The notes under the pieces are model-generated. The model ran no database searches. It worked only from the letters and a program-made list of their open reading frames with translations, and was not told the DNA's origin. This document shows positions 29,866 through 39,960 of a stretch of 64,000 nt of DNA, one piece after another. The DNA is taken from NCBI GenBank assembly GCA_017411405.1, contig JAFQQE010000012.1, forward strand, positions 17,280 through 81,279, read 5' to 3'. A program made the translations under genes and the position numbers. Within the stretch, counting starts at the first letter, position 1; each line of letters starts with the position of its first letter. The DNA comes from Bacilli bacterium. GTDB taxonomy: Bacteria > Bacillota_I > Bacilli_A > RF39 > UBA660.

Positions 29866-30696
29866 ATGGAAGGTAAAATCACAAGAATAGTAAGTAATTT
29901 ATATAGAGTTAATTCAAATGATAAGGATTTTGAATGCCGAGCAAGGGGTAAGTTTAGACATGATAAGCTTACTCCTTTAGTAGGTGATATTGTAGAATTT
30001 GATCCTATTAATTGTTATATATTAGATATAAAACCTAGAATTAATTCTTTAGAAAGACCTACTATTGCTAATATAGATAGTGCTTTAATAGTTACTAGTG
30101 TAAAAAAACCCGACTTATCTTTAAATCTATTAGATAAAGAATTAGTATTATGTATTTCTAATAATATAGAACCTATAATTGTTTTTACAAAAATAGATTT
30201 ACTTTCAAAAAGTGAATTAAATAAAATAAAAAGTATAATGAAGTATTATACTAAAATTGGTATAAAAGTTACTACCAATAGAAGTTTGTATAAATTAAAA
30301 AGATTAATAAAAAATAAAACTTTAGTGTTAACAGGGCAAACTGGTGCTGGTAAAAGTAGTTTATTAAATAAACTAGATAAAAATTTAAATTTAGAAACAA
30401 ATGAAATTAGTGAAGCGTTGGGAAGAGGTAAGCATACTACTAGACATGTAGAATTATTTAACTATAAATCTTCTTTTATAGCAGATACTCCGGGTTTTTC
30501 TTCTTTAGATTTAACTAATTTAAGTAAAGATGATATTAAATCTACTTTTAAAGAATTTAACAAAGTTAGTTGTCCTTATAAAGATTGTAGTCATACTAAT
30601 GAGAGTGAATGTAATGTAAAAAAATTAGTTAAAAATAAAAAGATTATGAAAAGTAGATATGAAAATTATATTAAGTTTATAAAGGAGTTAAAGTAA
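29866..30696 (+). CDS. rsgA: ribosome small-subunit biogenesis GTPase
   Basis: GQTGAGKSSLLN and DTPGF motifs, and zinc motif CPYKDCSHTNESEC. Confidence 0.9.
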   Translation: MEGKITRIVSNLYRVNSNDKDFECRARGKFRHDKLTPLVGDIVEFDPINCYILDIKPRINSLERPTIANIDSALIVTSVKKPDLSLNLLDKELVLCISNNIEPIIVFTKIDLLSKSELNKIKSIMKYYTKIGIKVTTNRSLYKLKRLIKNKTLVLTGQTGAGKSSLLNKLDKNLNLETNEISEALGRGKHTTRHVELFNYKSSFIADTPGFSSLDLTNLSKDDIKSTFKEFNKVSCPYKDCSHTNESECNVKKLVKNKKIMKSRYENYIKFIKELK

Positions 30697-31325
30697 TGAA
30701 AGTTGCAGTATCTTTTTTAAAAAGTAAATTTGATAATAAAGAAACTATAGATAAAATAAATGAGACGGATTCTGATTTTTTACATGTTGATGTAATGGAT
30801 GGTAACTTTGTAGAAAGAAAAAATTTTAGTTTTAATGAATTTAAAGAATGGTCTAAAGATAATAAAAAATTATTAGATGTTCATTTAATGGTAGAAAACC
30901 CTATTAATTATATTTTTGATTATAAAAAATTAAAGCCTGAATATATTACAATACATAGTGAAATTGATAAGAATTTAGATGATTTAATAGATCTAATACA
31001 TAGTTATAATATAAAGGCTGGAATAAGTATAAAACCTAAAACTAGTATAGAAGGTATTGAACATATATTATCTAAGATAGATAATGTATTAATTATGAGT
31101 GTTGATCCTGGTAAAGGTGGACAAAAATTTAATCCTAGTGTTCTTTATAAAATAGATGTATTAAGGAAATTAAGAGAAGAAAATAACTATAATTATATAA
31201 TTAGTATTGATGGTGGAATAAATAATAAAACAATTGATAAAGTAAAAGATGTTGATTTAGTTATAAGTGGTTCATATATTTGTGAAAGTAAAGATTATCA
31301 AGCTAATATTAATAAATTAAGATAA
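30696..31325 (+). CDS. rpe: ribulose-phosphate 3-epimerase
   Basis: HVDVMDG and MSVDPGKGGQKF motifs. It sits after rsgA, as in Bacillus. Confidence 0.88.
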   Translation: MKVAVSFLKSKFDNKETIDKINETDSDFLHVDVMDGNFVERKNFSFNEFKEWSKDNKKLLDVHLMVENPINYIFDYKKLKPEYITIHSEIDKNLDDLIDLIHSYNIKAGISIKPKTSIEGIEHILSKIDNVLIMSVDPGKGGQKFNPSVLYKIDVLRKLREENNYNYIISIDGGINNKTIDKVKDVDLVISGSYICESKDYQANINKLR

Positions 31326-31356
31326 ATATAAAAAAATAACATTATTTTAGTTAATG

Positions 31357-31722
31357 TTATTTTAATTTGCTATAAACTTCATCAATATTAATTATTTCTT
31401 GTTTATTTTTATATGCAGGAATAATATGTAGATGATAATGTTTTACTACTTGATATAATCCGTAATTATTTACTAATCTTATACCGTCAGCATTTAATCT
31501 TTCGTAAATTAGATCTTTCATTTTTTTTGTAACTTCGTTAATTTTTAATATTATGTCATTATCTAATTCAGTAAAATCAGTATAATGTTTTTTAGGTACT
31601 ATTAACATGTGCCCGTTTTGGCTTGGATCATTATCCATAAATACTATAATATCATTATCTTCATACACTGTTCTTGTTGGAATGTCTCCATTAATTATTT
31701 TACAAAATATGCATTCTTTCAT
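31357..31722 (-). CDS. HIT family protein
   Basis: CIFCKI N-terminus and histidine triad HYHLHIIP. Confidence 0.85.
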   Translation of the reverse strand: MKECIFCKIINGDIPTRTVYEDNDIIVFMDNDPSQNGHMLIVPKKHYTDFTELDNDIILKINEVTKKMKDLIYERLNADGIRLVNNYGLYQVVKHYHLHIIPAYKNKQEIINIDEVYSKLK

Positions 31723-31822
31723 TTATATCACCAATAAAATTTTAACATATATTTAAAAAATTTTAAATATAATCTATTTTATTTAATTAATTATGTTATA
31801 CTGAAGATAAGGGAGTGGTATT

Positions 31823-33037
31823 ATGATTATAAAGGATAAAGAATATAAAATTGATAGATCTTTAGCTAAAGTTACTGAATGGGATAAGATTTATTGTGAA
31901 ATATTAAAAGATATTTTAAATAGAGGAGAGTTATCACCAAATAGAACTGGTATAGAAACTTTATCTATTCCTAATGTTAATTTTTCTTTAGATGTAGGTA
32001 AAGAATTTCCTATTTTGGAAACTAAAAAAGTTGCTATGCAAAATAGTATTACAGAACTTTTGTGGATTTATCAAGCTCAAAGTAATGATGTTTCTTGGTT
32101 ACATGAAAGAGGTAATCATATCTGGGATGATTGGATGATAGATAGTGATGGTATTTATAGAATATATAATCCATTTTTAAAAGAAAATGATGGTAAATCT
32201 ATTGAAGTTAAAACACAAGATGGAACTAGTTTTGATCAAACTAAAATTGGTGAAAAACTTTATGCAAAAAGTTTAAAGGAAGATAGAAGTTTAGATAAAG
32301 TTATTTATTACGGACATGAGTTTGCAGGAACTATTGGAACTGCTTATGGTGATGTTTTAAAAAGAACTGGGCAAGTAGATAAAGTTTTAGATGCTTTAAA
32401 AAATGATCCTAGAAGTAGAAGAATGGTTATTTCTTTAAGACAAGATAATTATTTGAAAACTGGAGTATTAGAACCTTGTGTGTGGGCTAATTCTTATAAA
32501 ATGTATAAAGGTAAATTATATAGTAATGTAGAAATTAGAAGTAATGATATGCCAATAGGTAATCCGTTTAATGTTACTCAATATGCAGTTTTACTTGCTT
32601 TATTTAGTAATCATGCTAATTTAGAAGTTGGTGAAATTTCTTTTGATATTACTGATTGTCATATATATGTTAATCAATTAAAAGCGATAAAACTTCAATT
32701 AGAAAGATATACTAGACTATTAAAATGGGAAAAATATATTAAAGAACATGACGATATGGAAGTAGAAAGGGAATATAATGATTTAATTAGTAGAAGAGAA
32801 TATTTACTAGATAAAATAGAAAAAGCAGATTATTTAAAAGATGATTATGAGGAGATAATTAGAGAGGTTAATGAAGAAATAATGTGTTTTGAACATTTAA
32901 TTATTAGAGAAGCTCCTATTCTTTATATTGCACCTAATAAAGAATTTTATGAACTTGATAATAAAAAAGATAATGATGATATAAAAATACTTAAATATAC
33001 ATCTTTACCTTATATAAAGATGCCGGTAGCACAATAG
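31823..33037 (+). CDS. thyA: thymidylate synthase (ThyA type) with two insertions
   Basis: Motifs RTG, LEPC (catalytic Cys), IRSND, PFNVTQYA, TDCHIY and the C-terminal IKMPVAQ. 404 aa versus roughly 265-320 aa typical. Confidence 0.85.
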   Translation: MIIKDKEYKIDRSLAKVTEWDKIYCEILKDILNRGELSPNRTGIETLSIPNVNFSLDVGKEFPILETKKVAMQNSITELLWIYQAQSNDVSWLHERGNHIWDDWMIDSDGIYRIYNPFLKENDGKSIEVKTQDGTSFDQTKIGEKLYAKSLKEDRSLDKVIYYGHEFAGTIGTAYGDVLKRTGQVDKVLDALKNDPRSRRMVISLRQDNYLKTGVLEPCVWANSYKMYKGKLYSNVEIRSNDMPIGNPFNVTQYAVLLALFSNHANLEVGEISFDITDCHIYVNQLKAIKLQLERYTRLLKWEKYIKEHDDMEVEREYNDLISRREYLLDKIEKADYLKDDYEEIIREVNEEIMCFEHLIIREAPILYIAPNKEFYELDNKKDNDDIKILKYTSLPYIKMPVAQ

Positions 33038-33526
33038 ATGAATAATTTAATATTAATTGGTGCAATTGGTAAAAATAATGAATTAGGTTGTAATAATAAA
33101 TTAATTTGGTATATTCCTGAAGATTTAAAGTTTTTTAAAGATAATACAATCAATCATACTATAGTTATGGGATATAATACTTTTTTATCTTTACCTAAAT
33201 TATTAAGTGGTAGAAAACATATTGTACTAACTAGAAAAAATATTAAACTTCCTAGTGAAGTATTGGTATTTCATGATAAAGAAAGTGTTCTTAATTATGT
33301 TAAAAATAATAATGAGCAAGTGTATGTTATTGGAGGAGAAAGTATATATAAACAATTTATAGATTATTCTGATAGGATGATTTTAACTGAAATAGAAGAT
33401 AGTTTTAATAATGCAGATACTTTCTTTCCTAAATTTAATTTAAATGAATGGAATAAAGAAATTTTAAGTGAACATGAGTATAATAAACTTTATTATAAGC
33501 ATGTTTTATATAAAAGAAAAAAATAA
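33038..33526 (+). CDS. folA: dihydrofolate reductase
   Basis: LIGAIGKNNELG, VMGYNTFLSLP and VIGGESIY motifs. Immediately follows thyA. Confidence 0.9.
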   Translation: MNNLILIGAIGKNNELGCNNKLIWYIPEDLKFFKDNTINHTIVMGYNTFLSLPKLLSGRKHIVLTRKNIKLPSEVLVFHDKESVLNYVKNNNEQVYVIGGESIYKQFIDYSDRMILTEIEDSFNNADTFFPKFNLNEWNKEILSEHEYNKLYYKHVLYKRKK

Positions 33527-33631
33527 AGATGTTTTTATATAATAAATAAGTTATATAAATATTTTTTTTATTTTATTTAAATAGTACAATTTTAACTTTA
33601 TAAGCATAAAATACTTTGAGGAGTGATATAT

Positions 33632-34159
33632 ATGGCTTATTTTAAAGAAATTGTTACAAAGGCTATAATAGGTAAAGGTAAAAAGACTTCTAATTTAGAA
33701 CATATTGTACAAACTGAAGATAATATTAATACAGTATTAGGGTGTTGGGTAATAAATCATATTTTTGATGGAATAAATAATAATGGTAAAGTAAATGTTA
33801 ATGGAAGTTATGATATTAATATTTGGTATTCTTATGATAATAATACTAAGACTAATGTTTTAGTTAGAAGATTTAATTATCAAGATATCATGAATGTAAA
33901 AATAAAAGAAAATAGTGAAGTTGATAATACTAGTGAAATAATTGTAAGAGCATTAAATCAACCTTCAGTAACTGATGTAAATGTAGAGGGTAGTGAAATT
34001 AAATTAACTGTTCATAAAGAATTAGGTGTAGAAGTGGTTGGAGATACTAAAGTAAGAGTAAGTGTAGAAGATGAATTTGAAGATTATGAAGAGATTTTAG
34101 ATGAAGATGAAATAAACGAAGCATTAGAAACAGAAGTAAGTGACGATTATTTAAATTAG
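33632..34159 (+). CDS. cotE: spore coat morphogenetic protein CotE
   Basis: Collinear with B. subtilis CotE as I recall it: FKEIVTKAI.GKGKK, LGCWVINH, YDINIWYSY.NNTKT and an acidic C-terminus. ATG at 33632 follows GAGGAG. Confidence 0.75.
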   Translation: MAYFKEIVTKAIIGKGKKTSNLEHIVQTEDNINTVLGCWVINHIFDGINNNGKVNVNGSYDINIWYSYDNNTKTNVLVRRFNYQDIMNVKIKENSEVDNTSEIIVRALNQPSVTDVNVEGSEIKLTVHKELGVEVVGDTKVRVSVEDEFEDYEEILDEDEINEALETEVSDDYLN

Positions 34160-34252
34160 AATAATTAATTTTATTCTTTTTTTTGTTAATTTTTAAAAAT
34201 TAGTATGGTTTTATAAATAAATTATGATAGAATAATATGTGTGGTGATAGTG

Positions 34253-34669
34253 ATGATACATATTGTTATATGTGATAATAAAACTAAAGAATTAGATAAA
34301 ATTATTAATAAAGAAAGAACTGTTCTTTTAAGAGGTAATGCTAAAAGACGTATACCTCATTCTAGAATATTTATAAATGATGAGTTGTATTTTGTTGATA
34401 AAGGAAGTAATAAAAGTTTTTATCATGCTATAGTTAAAAATGCGGATAGTTATTCTAAATTAACTTCTTTAGAGATAGAAGATATATTTTCAAAATATAA
34501 AGATAGATTAAATTTATGTGAAGTAGAAGAAAATAAATGGAAGAATAAGTGCATTTGTGTTATAGAGTTTGATAATTTAGAAAAAATAGAAGGTTTAGAT
34601 ATACCTAACTATACTCCATTAGAAGATTGGATTATGGTAAATAGTTTAGATGAATTAAATAATAGATAA
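34253..34669 (+). CDS. hypothetical protein
   Basis: ORF with ATG at 34253 after GGTGATAG. No family recognised. Confidence 0.45.
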   Translation: MIHIVICDNKTKELDKIINKERTVLLRGNAKRRIPHSRIFINDELYFVDKGSNKSFYHAIVKNADSYSKLTSLEIEDIFSKYKDRLNLCEVEENKWKNKCICVIEFDNLEKIEGLDIPNYTPLEDWIMVNSLDELNNR

Positions 34670-34725
34670 AATACTTTTAAATAATAAAAAAATTGTTATA
34701 ATATATAAGTGAGGGATGTGTTATT

Positions 34726-35736
34726 ATGAAAAAAAATATAAAAAAGAATACAAAATCTAATAAGAAAATAAATAGTAGTACATCCAAAACTAATAATATA
34801 TTAAATGATAAAAATTATAAAAATGCAGAAAAGTTATATAAAAGTAAAGATTATGAAAATTCTTATCAAGAATTTTATGAATTAATTAGTAAATATAAAG
34901 GAAATAAGAAGATTTATAAAAGATTATTAGATACTTTAACTAAAGATTTTACTTATAAAGAGAATAATAAGAGTTTTAAATTAGCTTTAAATAATTATGT
35001 AGAGCTATATAAAAAATTTGCAACTAAAAGAGAAATTAAATTATTAGAAAGTAAGTTAGAAGAATATAGAAAAGTTAAAGCAATAAGTAATAAGAGTAAG
35101 TTTTTACTTATAGCGTTTTTAGGATATTTTGGTATACATAAATTTATAGAGAGAAAATATATATTAGGTTTTTTATATTTATTTACTTTAGGATTTTTAG
35201 GTATAGGTGTAGTAATTGATTTAATAAGTGATTATGCAACTTATGAAGATGATAAACAGTTAAATATATTTAGATATTTTATATCATTAATAATACTTAT
35301 ATTTGGTATACTTAGAATGGATAACAGTAATTATTATTATATTATTATAGCTTCTATTTTATTTACACCAATTGTTTATAGTTTCTTATTAAAGTATATA
35401 CCTAGTATTATTAAGTTAATAGGTATAATTGTACTTATATATTTTGGTTTTAAAACAGAAACTATAATAGAAAAAGTACCAAATAGAGTTGTTGGGATAT
35501 GGAAGACAGATAATGAAAATACAAATTATAGTGAATTAAATATAAAGTTAGATAGTACTACAATATCTTTTAAAGATAGAGATAAAGAAACAGGAACTAA
35601 TACTTATGATGAAAAGAATAATATATTAACTATTAAAGTAAGTGATACTATTAAGTATAAGTTTAAAATATATAGTAATGATGAAGTATGTACATATAAC
35701 GAATCTAATAAGTGTTTAATATCTTTTAAAAAATAA
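34726..35736 (+). CDS. TM2 domain-containing membrane protein
   Basis: The segment FLGYFGIHKFIERKYILGFLYLFTLGFLGIGVVIDLI matches the TM2 domain pattern. It is followed by extra TM helices and a C-terminal soluble domain. Confidence 0.6.
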   Translation: MKKNIKKNTKSNKKINSSTSKTNNILNDKNYKNAEKLYKSKDYENSYQEFYELISKYKGNKKIYKRLLDTLTKDFTYKENNKSFKLALNNYVELYKKFATKREIKLLESKLEEYRKVKAISNKSKFLLIAFLGYFGIHKFIERKYILGFLYLFTLGFLGIGVVIDLISDYATYEDDKQLNIFRYFISLIILIFGILRMDNSNYYYIIIASILFTPIVYSFLLKYIPSIIKLIGIIVLIYFGFKTETIIEKVPNRVVGIWKTDNENTNYSELNIKLDSTTISFKDRDKETGTNTYDEKNNILTIKVSDTIKYKFKIYSNDEVCTYNESNKCLISFKK

Positions 35737-35783
35737 TTTATAGGAATATCCTATATTTTATTTGTATTAAAATAGGTGATAAA

Positions 35784-36680
35784 ATGGAATATATAGATAA
35801 TATAATATATGGATATATAATAGGTGATTCTTATGGATTAGGGTTATTAAATAATGAAGTTAATAATAACTCTATAAAGTTAATAGATAATAATAATTTA
35901 AATATAGAAAAAGGATCTTACTCTAGTATGACCACATTTATGTTAGCTACGTTGGATTCTGTTACTTCATTTAAGAATATAAATATAGCAGATATATTAA
36001 ATAAAATGTGTACTAGTTTAATATTAGGTAAATTTACTAATGATGGTAAAATATATGATTTAAATAATGAAACTTTAAATATATTAAAACATTATAGTAA
36101 AAAGAATAATTTAAATTATAATTATAATGAATTAGATGAGAGTTCATATGCTTTATCAAGATTATTACCTATAATAATATATAATAGTATAAATAAAGAT
36201 GATTATATTATAGTTAATAAAGTTATTTCTTTAACAAATATAAATGAAGAAGTATTATTTGGGAGTTATATATTTTATAAGTATATGTTGAATTTGATAA
36301 GTGGTAAGGATAAATATAAAGCATTAAAGTTTAATATTCCTAATACTTTTAATAAAGAATTAGTTAAAAAATATAAGAATTTATTAAAGGGTAATATATT
36401 TTATAAAGATATTAAATTTAATAGTAATATATACAATGTATTAAGTGTAGTATTTTATGTCATATTACATAGTGATAATTTTAATGATATGTTTATGATG
36501 ATAAATAATTTAGAAGGTAATACTAATATATATTCTAGTTTGATATGTTCTATAGGCGGTATATTATATGGTAAAGATAGTATAGATAAAAGTATAATAA
36601 AAGATTTAAAAAATAAAAAAGAGATAAATAAATATATTAGAGATTTTAAAAGGAGTTTAAAAAATGAGAAAGTATGTTAA
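35784..36680 (+). CDS. ADP-ribosylglycohydrolase-like protein, metal ligands apparently substituted
   Basis: N-terminal GYIIGDSYGLG (consensus G.a.GDAlG). C-terminal EGNTNIYSSLICSIGGILYG (consensus GGDTDTnaaiaGal.GayyG). Confidence 0.4.
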   Translation: MEYIDNIIYGYIIGDSYGLGLLNNEVNNNSIKLIDNNNLNIEKGSYSSMTTFMLATLDSVTSFKNINIADILNKMCTSLILGKFTNDGKIYDLNNETLNILKHYSKKNNLNYNYNELDESSYALSRLLPIIIYNSINKDDYIIVNKVISLTNINEEVLFGSYIFYKYMLNLISGKDKYKALKFNIPNTFNKELVKKYKNLLKGNIFYKDIKFNSNIYNVLSVVFYVILHSDNFNDMFMMINNLEGNTNIYSSLICSIGGILYGKDSIDKSIIKDLKNKKEINKYIRDFKRSLKNEKVC

Positions 36681-37239
36681 GTATATAGTAATTGTTTTAG
36701 TTATATTGTTTTTTGTTGTAGGTATATTAGTAAGTGATAATAGTAATAAAAGAGTTGAAATAAGTATTAAAGATTATGGTAAGATGGTAGTAGAATTATA
36801 TAGAAATGCTGCTCCTATTACTGTTGATAATTTTTTAAATTTAGTTAATAGTGAATTTTATAATAATTTAACTATGCATAGAATTATTGATGGATTTATG
36901 ATACAAGGTGGAGATCCGGATGCAGATGGTACTGGTGGAAGTAGCAAAAAAATAAAGGGAGAATTTTCTAGTAATGGAGTAAATAATAATTTGAGTCATG
37001 TAAGAGGAGTTATTTCAATGGCTAGAAGTAATGATCCTAATAGTGCTAGTAGTCAATTCTTTATAATGCATAAAGATAATACTTCTTTAGATGGAAATTA
37101 TGCTGCTTTTGGTAAAGTTATAAATGGTATTGAAGTTGTTGATAAAATTGTTGATGCTGTAAGTGATTTGGGTGATGATAATGGTTTAATACCAAAGGAA
37201 AATCAACCAATTATAGAGTATATTAAAGTTATAGAATAA
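36664..37239 (+). CDS. cyclophilin-type peptidyl-prolyl isomerase, membrane anchored
   Basis: N-terminal TM helix. Motifs HRIIDGFMIQGGDP, GTGG, SMARS and SQFFI. Confidence 0.88.
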   Translation: MRKYVKYIVIVLVILFFVVGILVSDNSNKRVEISIKDYGKMVVELYRNAAPITVDNFLNLVNSEFYNNLTMHRIIDGFMIQGGDPDADGTGGSSKKIKGEFSSNGVNNNLSHVRGVISMARSNDPNSASSQFFIMHKDNTSLDGNYAAFGKVINGIEVVDKIVDAVSDLGDDNGLIPKENQPIIEYIKVIE

Positions 37240-37329
37240 GTGTAAATAAATAGTCAGAATTAAATGAATTATATTTTTAAATGTTTTATATTTTAAAAAT
37301 ATAGTGTATAATTAAATAAGAGGTGGATT

Positions 37330-38322
37330 ATGTTAATTTTAGCTAAGACAGTATTGGGAATAATGTTAGGTTTTATATTATCTATTATAGTTGGATTAGT
37401 TTTAATTCCTTTTTTAAAGAAACATAATATAGGACAATTTACTACTGATACTATAAATGAAAGACATGTAAAAAAACAAGGTACTCCAACAATAGGTGGT
37501 TTAATATTTATTATTCCAACTATTATAAGTGTACTAGTCTTATTCTTTAAAGGAAGTTTAGAATTAAATCATAATTTAATTATTACTTTAATAGTATTTG
37601 TTGCTTATGGTTTAATAGGATTTTTAGATGATTATTTAAAAATTAGACGTAAAAATAATAGTGGTTTATCTATTAAAGTTAAGTTTATTTTGGAGTTAAT
37701 TATTGCTATTACTTTTTATGTAATATATAAATATAATGGAGGATTAACTGATTTAACGATAAGTTTATTTGGGTTGAAAATACAATTGGGTTATTTATTT
37801 GGATTATTTATATTATTTTTACTTGTAGGTACAACTAACGCTGTTAATATAACTGATGGTTTAGATGGTTTATGTGGAGGATTATCTGCAGTTGCATTTT
37901 TAGCTTATGGTGTAATTTCATGGGGTTCTTATTGGATTACAGGCTATCAAGAAATTGCAATATTCTGTTTTATATTAACTGGTGCAATACTTGGATTTTT
38001 AGTTTTTAATACTCATCCGGCTAAAGTCTTTATGGGAGATACTGGATCTCTTGCTTTAGGAGGGGCTTTAGCTACTGTTGCTATTTTAACTAGACATGAA
38101 TTAAGTTTAGCAATTATTGGTGGAGTATTTGTTATTGAAACTTTATCCAGTATGATTCAAATAATAGCAATAAAAAAATTTAAAAAAAGAGTTTTCTTAA
38201 GAGCACCGTTACATCATCATTTTGAACAACTTGGTTGGAGTGAAACTGATATAGTTAAAATGTTTTGGATAATAGGTTTTATGTTAGGAATGTTAGGAAT
38301 TATTTATGGAGTATGGTTATAA
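37330..38322 (+). CDS. mraY: phospho-N-acetylmuramoyl-pentapeptide transferase
   Basis: NAVNITDGLDGL, VFMGDTGSLALGG and PLHHHFE motifs. Confidence 0.95.
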   Translation: MLILAKTVLGIMLGFILSIIVGLVLIPFLKKHNIGQFTTDTINERHVKKQGTPTIGGLIFIIPTIISVLVLFFKGSLELNHNLIITLIVFVAYGLIGFLDDYLKIRRKNNSGLSIKVKFILELIIAITFYVIYKYNGGLTDLTISLFGLKIQLGYLFGLFILFLLVGTTNAVNITDGLDGLCGGLSAVAFLAYGVISWGSYWITGYQEIAIFCFILTGAILGFLVFNTHPAKVFMGDTGSLALGGALATVAILTRHELSLAIIGGVFVIETLSSMIQIIAIKKFKKRVFLRAPLHHHFEQLGWSETDIVKMFWIIGFMLGMLGIIYGVWL

Positions 38323-38367
38323 TCATACTTCTTTTTTTTTCTAATAAAATTAAATAGGTGGTATTAT

Positions 38368-39447
38368 TTGAAAAAAATAGACTATAAATTATTTATATGT
38401 GTCATAGTCCTTGCTATATTTGGTACTATTATGATATATTCTTCAAGCTATATATGGGCGGAATATAAATTTGATGATGCATTTAAATATATGAAAAATC
38501 AAGCATTATTTTTAGTAATTGGTATTGTTTTGATGTTTTTTTTATCTAAATTAAATTATAATTTTTATAAAAAAAAGTCTAATTTAATTATATTAATATG
38601 TTTTTTATTATTAATATTAGTTTTAATACCTGGTATAGGTGTTGTTAGAAATGGAAGTCGTAGTTGGTTTGGGGTAGGAGGCTTTGGGATACAACCTAGT
38701 GAAGCTGCTAAGATTGGATTGGTAATCTTTGTTGCTAAATACTTATCTAATAATTATTCTATTATGTATGATATAAAAAAAGGTGTCTTTCCAATTATGA
38801 GCGTTATTATTACATTTTTTCTTTTAATTATGTTAGAGCCGGATTTTGGTACTGGAATGGTAATAACGATGGCTTTAATTGCGATGATATTTATATCTAA
38901 AGTAAAATTATCTTTCTTTGTTAAAATAGGTTTAGCTGGATTGCTTGGCATAATTGGACTTATAATAATAGCGCCATATAGAATGGCAAGGATAGTATCT
39001 TTTTTAAATCCATGGAGTGATCCTTTAGGTAGTGGATTTCAAATCATTCAAAGTTTATATGCAATAGGTCCTGGAGGTTTATTTGGACTAGGTTTTGGTA
39101 ATAGTATACAAAAACATTTTTATCTGCCTGAACCTCAAACTGATTTTATATTTTCTATTATTAGTGAAGAATTAGGCTTTTTAGGTGTATTAATACTAAG
39201 TTTATTATTTTTATTTATATTTTATAGATGTATTAAAATATGTTTAAATACTAAAGATTTATTTGGTAAATATTTATGTTTTGGTCTTAGTTTTATGATT
39301 ATATTTCAAACTATATTAAATTTATCTGTAGTAATAGGATTAGTGCCAGTTACGGGAGTAACACTTCCTTTTATTTCGTATGGTGGTAGTAGTTTGTTAG
39401 TTTCTATGGCTAGTATTGGAATAATACTTAATATATCAAGAATTTAA
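38368..39447 (+). CDS. SEDS family protein (FtsW/RodA/SpoVE)
   Basis: IQPSEAAKI, QTDFIFSIISEELGF and LPFISYGGSS motifs. TTG start after AGGTGG. Confidence 0.9.
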   Translation: MKKIDYKLFICVIVLAIFGTIMIYSSSYIWAEYKFDDAFKYMKNQALFLVIGIVLMFFLSKLNYNFYKKKSNLIILICFLLLILVLIPGIGVVRNGSRSWFGVGGFGIQPSEAAKIGLVIFVAKYLSNNYSIMYDIKKGVFPIMSVIITFFLLIMLEPDFGTGMVITMALIAMIFISKVKLSFFVKIGLAGLLGIIGLIIIAPYRMARIVSFLNPWSDPLGSGFQIIQSLYAIGPGGLFGLGFGNSIQKHFYLPEPQTDFIFSIISEELGFLGVLILSLLFLFIFYRCIKICLNTKDLFGKYLCFGLSFMIIFQTILNLSVVIGLVPVTGVTLPFISYGGSSLLVSMASIGIILNISRI

Positions 39448-39499
39448 TTTTCGTTTGGTTTGATTTATGTTATAATTATCAATGTTAGGAGAAATGAAA

Positions 39500-39895
39500 A
39501 TGATAACAAGAATTGTTGTTACTGGTATTTTAAAAGATAGTGATTTATTTTTGGTTGTAAAAAGAAATGAAAATGATGCTTTGTTTCCTAGTGCATGGGA
39601 ATTTCCGGGTGGACATTTAGAAGATGGTGAAGATCTAAAAGAGGGGTTAAAAAGAGAATTAAAAGAAGAAATTGGGTTTACAGATGAATTTGAACCAATA
39701 ATTACTCATTATTACGATGAAGTAAAAGAAAAAAATGGTGAATTAGTTCATGATTTAGAAATTGATTTTATTATTAACGTTGATAGTTCTAAATTCAATG
39801 TTAAATTAAGTGATGAACATTGTGATTATAAATGGGTAAAAAAAGATTCTAATTATTTAGATAACTTTATAAAAGATAAATTATCAAATATTTAA
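39500..39895 (+). CDS. NUDIX hydrolase
   Basis: Nudix box GGHLEDGEDLKEGLKRELKEEIG. The ATG at 39500 is best spaced from AGGAGA; upstream in-frame ATGs at 39482 and 39494 are possible. Confidence 0.8.
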   Translation: MITRIVVTGILKDSDLFLVVKRNENDALFPSAWEFPGGHLEDGEDLKEGLKRELKEEIGFTDEFEPIITHYYDEVKEKNGELVHDLEIDFIINVDSSKFNVKLSDEHCDYKWVKKDSNYLDNFIKDKLSNI

Positions 39896-39920
39896 GGTTT
39901 AATATAAGAAATAAATAAAG

Positions 39921-39954
39921 AAAAAATGTGAGTGCAAAATAACTCACATTTTTG
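39921..39954. terminator. bidirectional terminator
   Basis: 9-bp stem AATGTGAGT/ACTCACATT flanked by an A-run and a T-run. Confidence 0.65.
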
Positions 39955-39960
39955 TATTAA

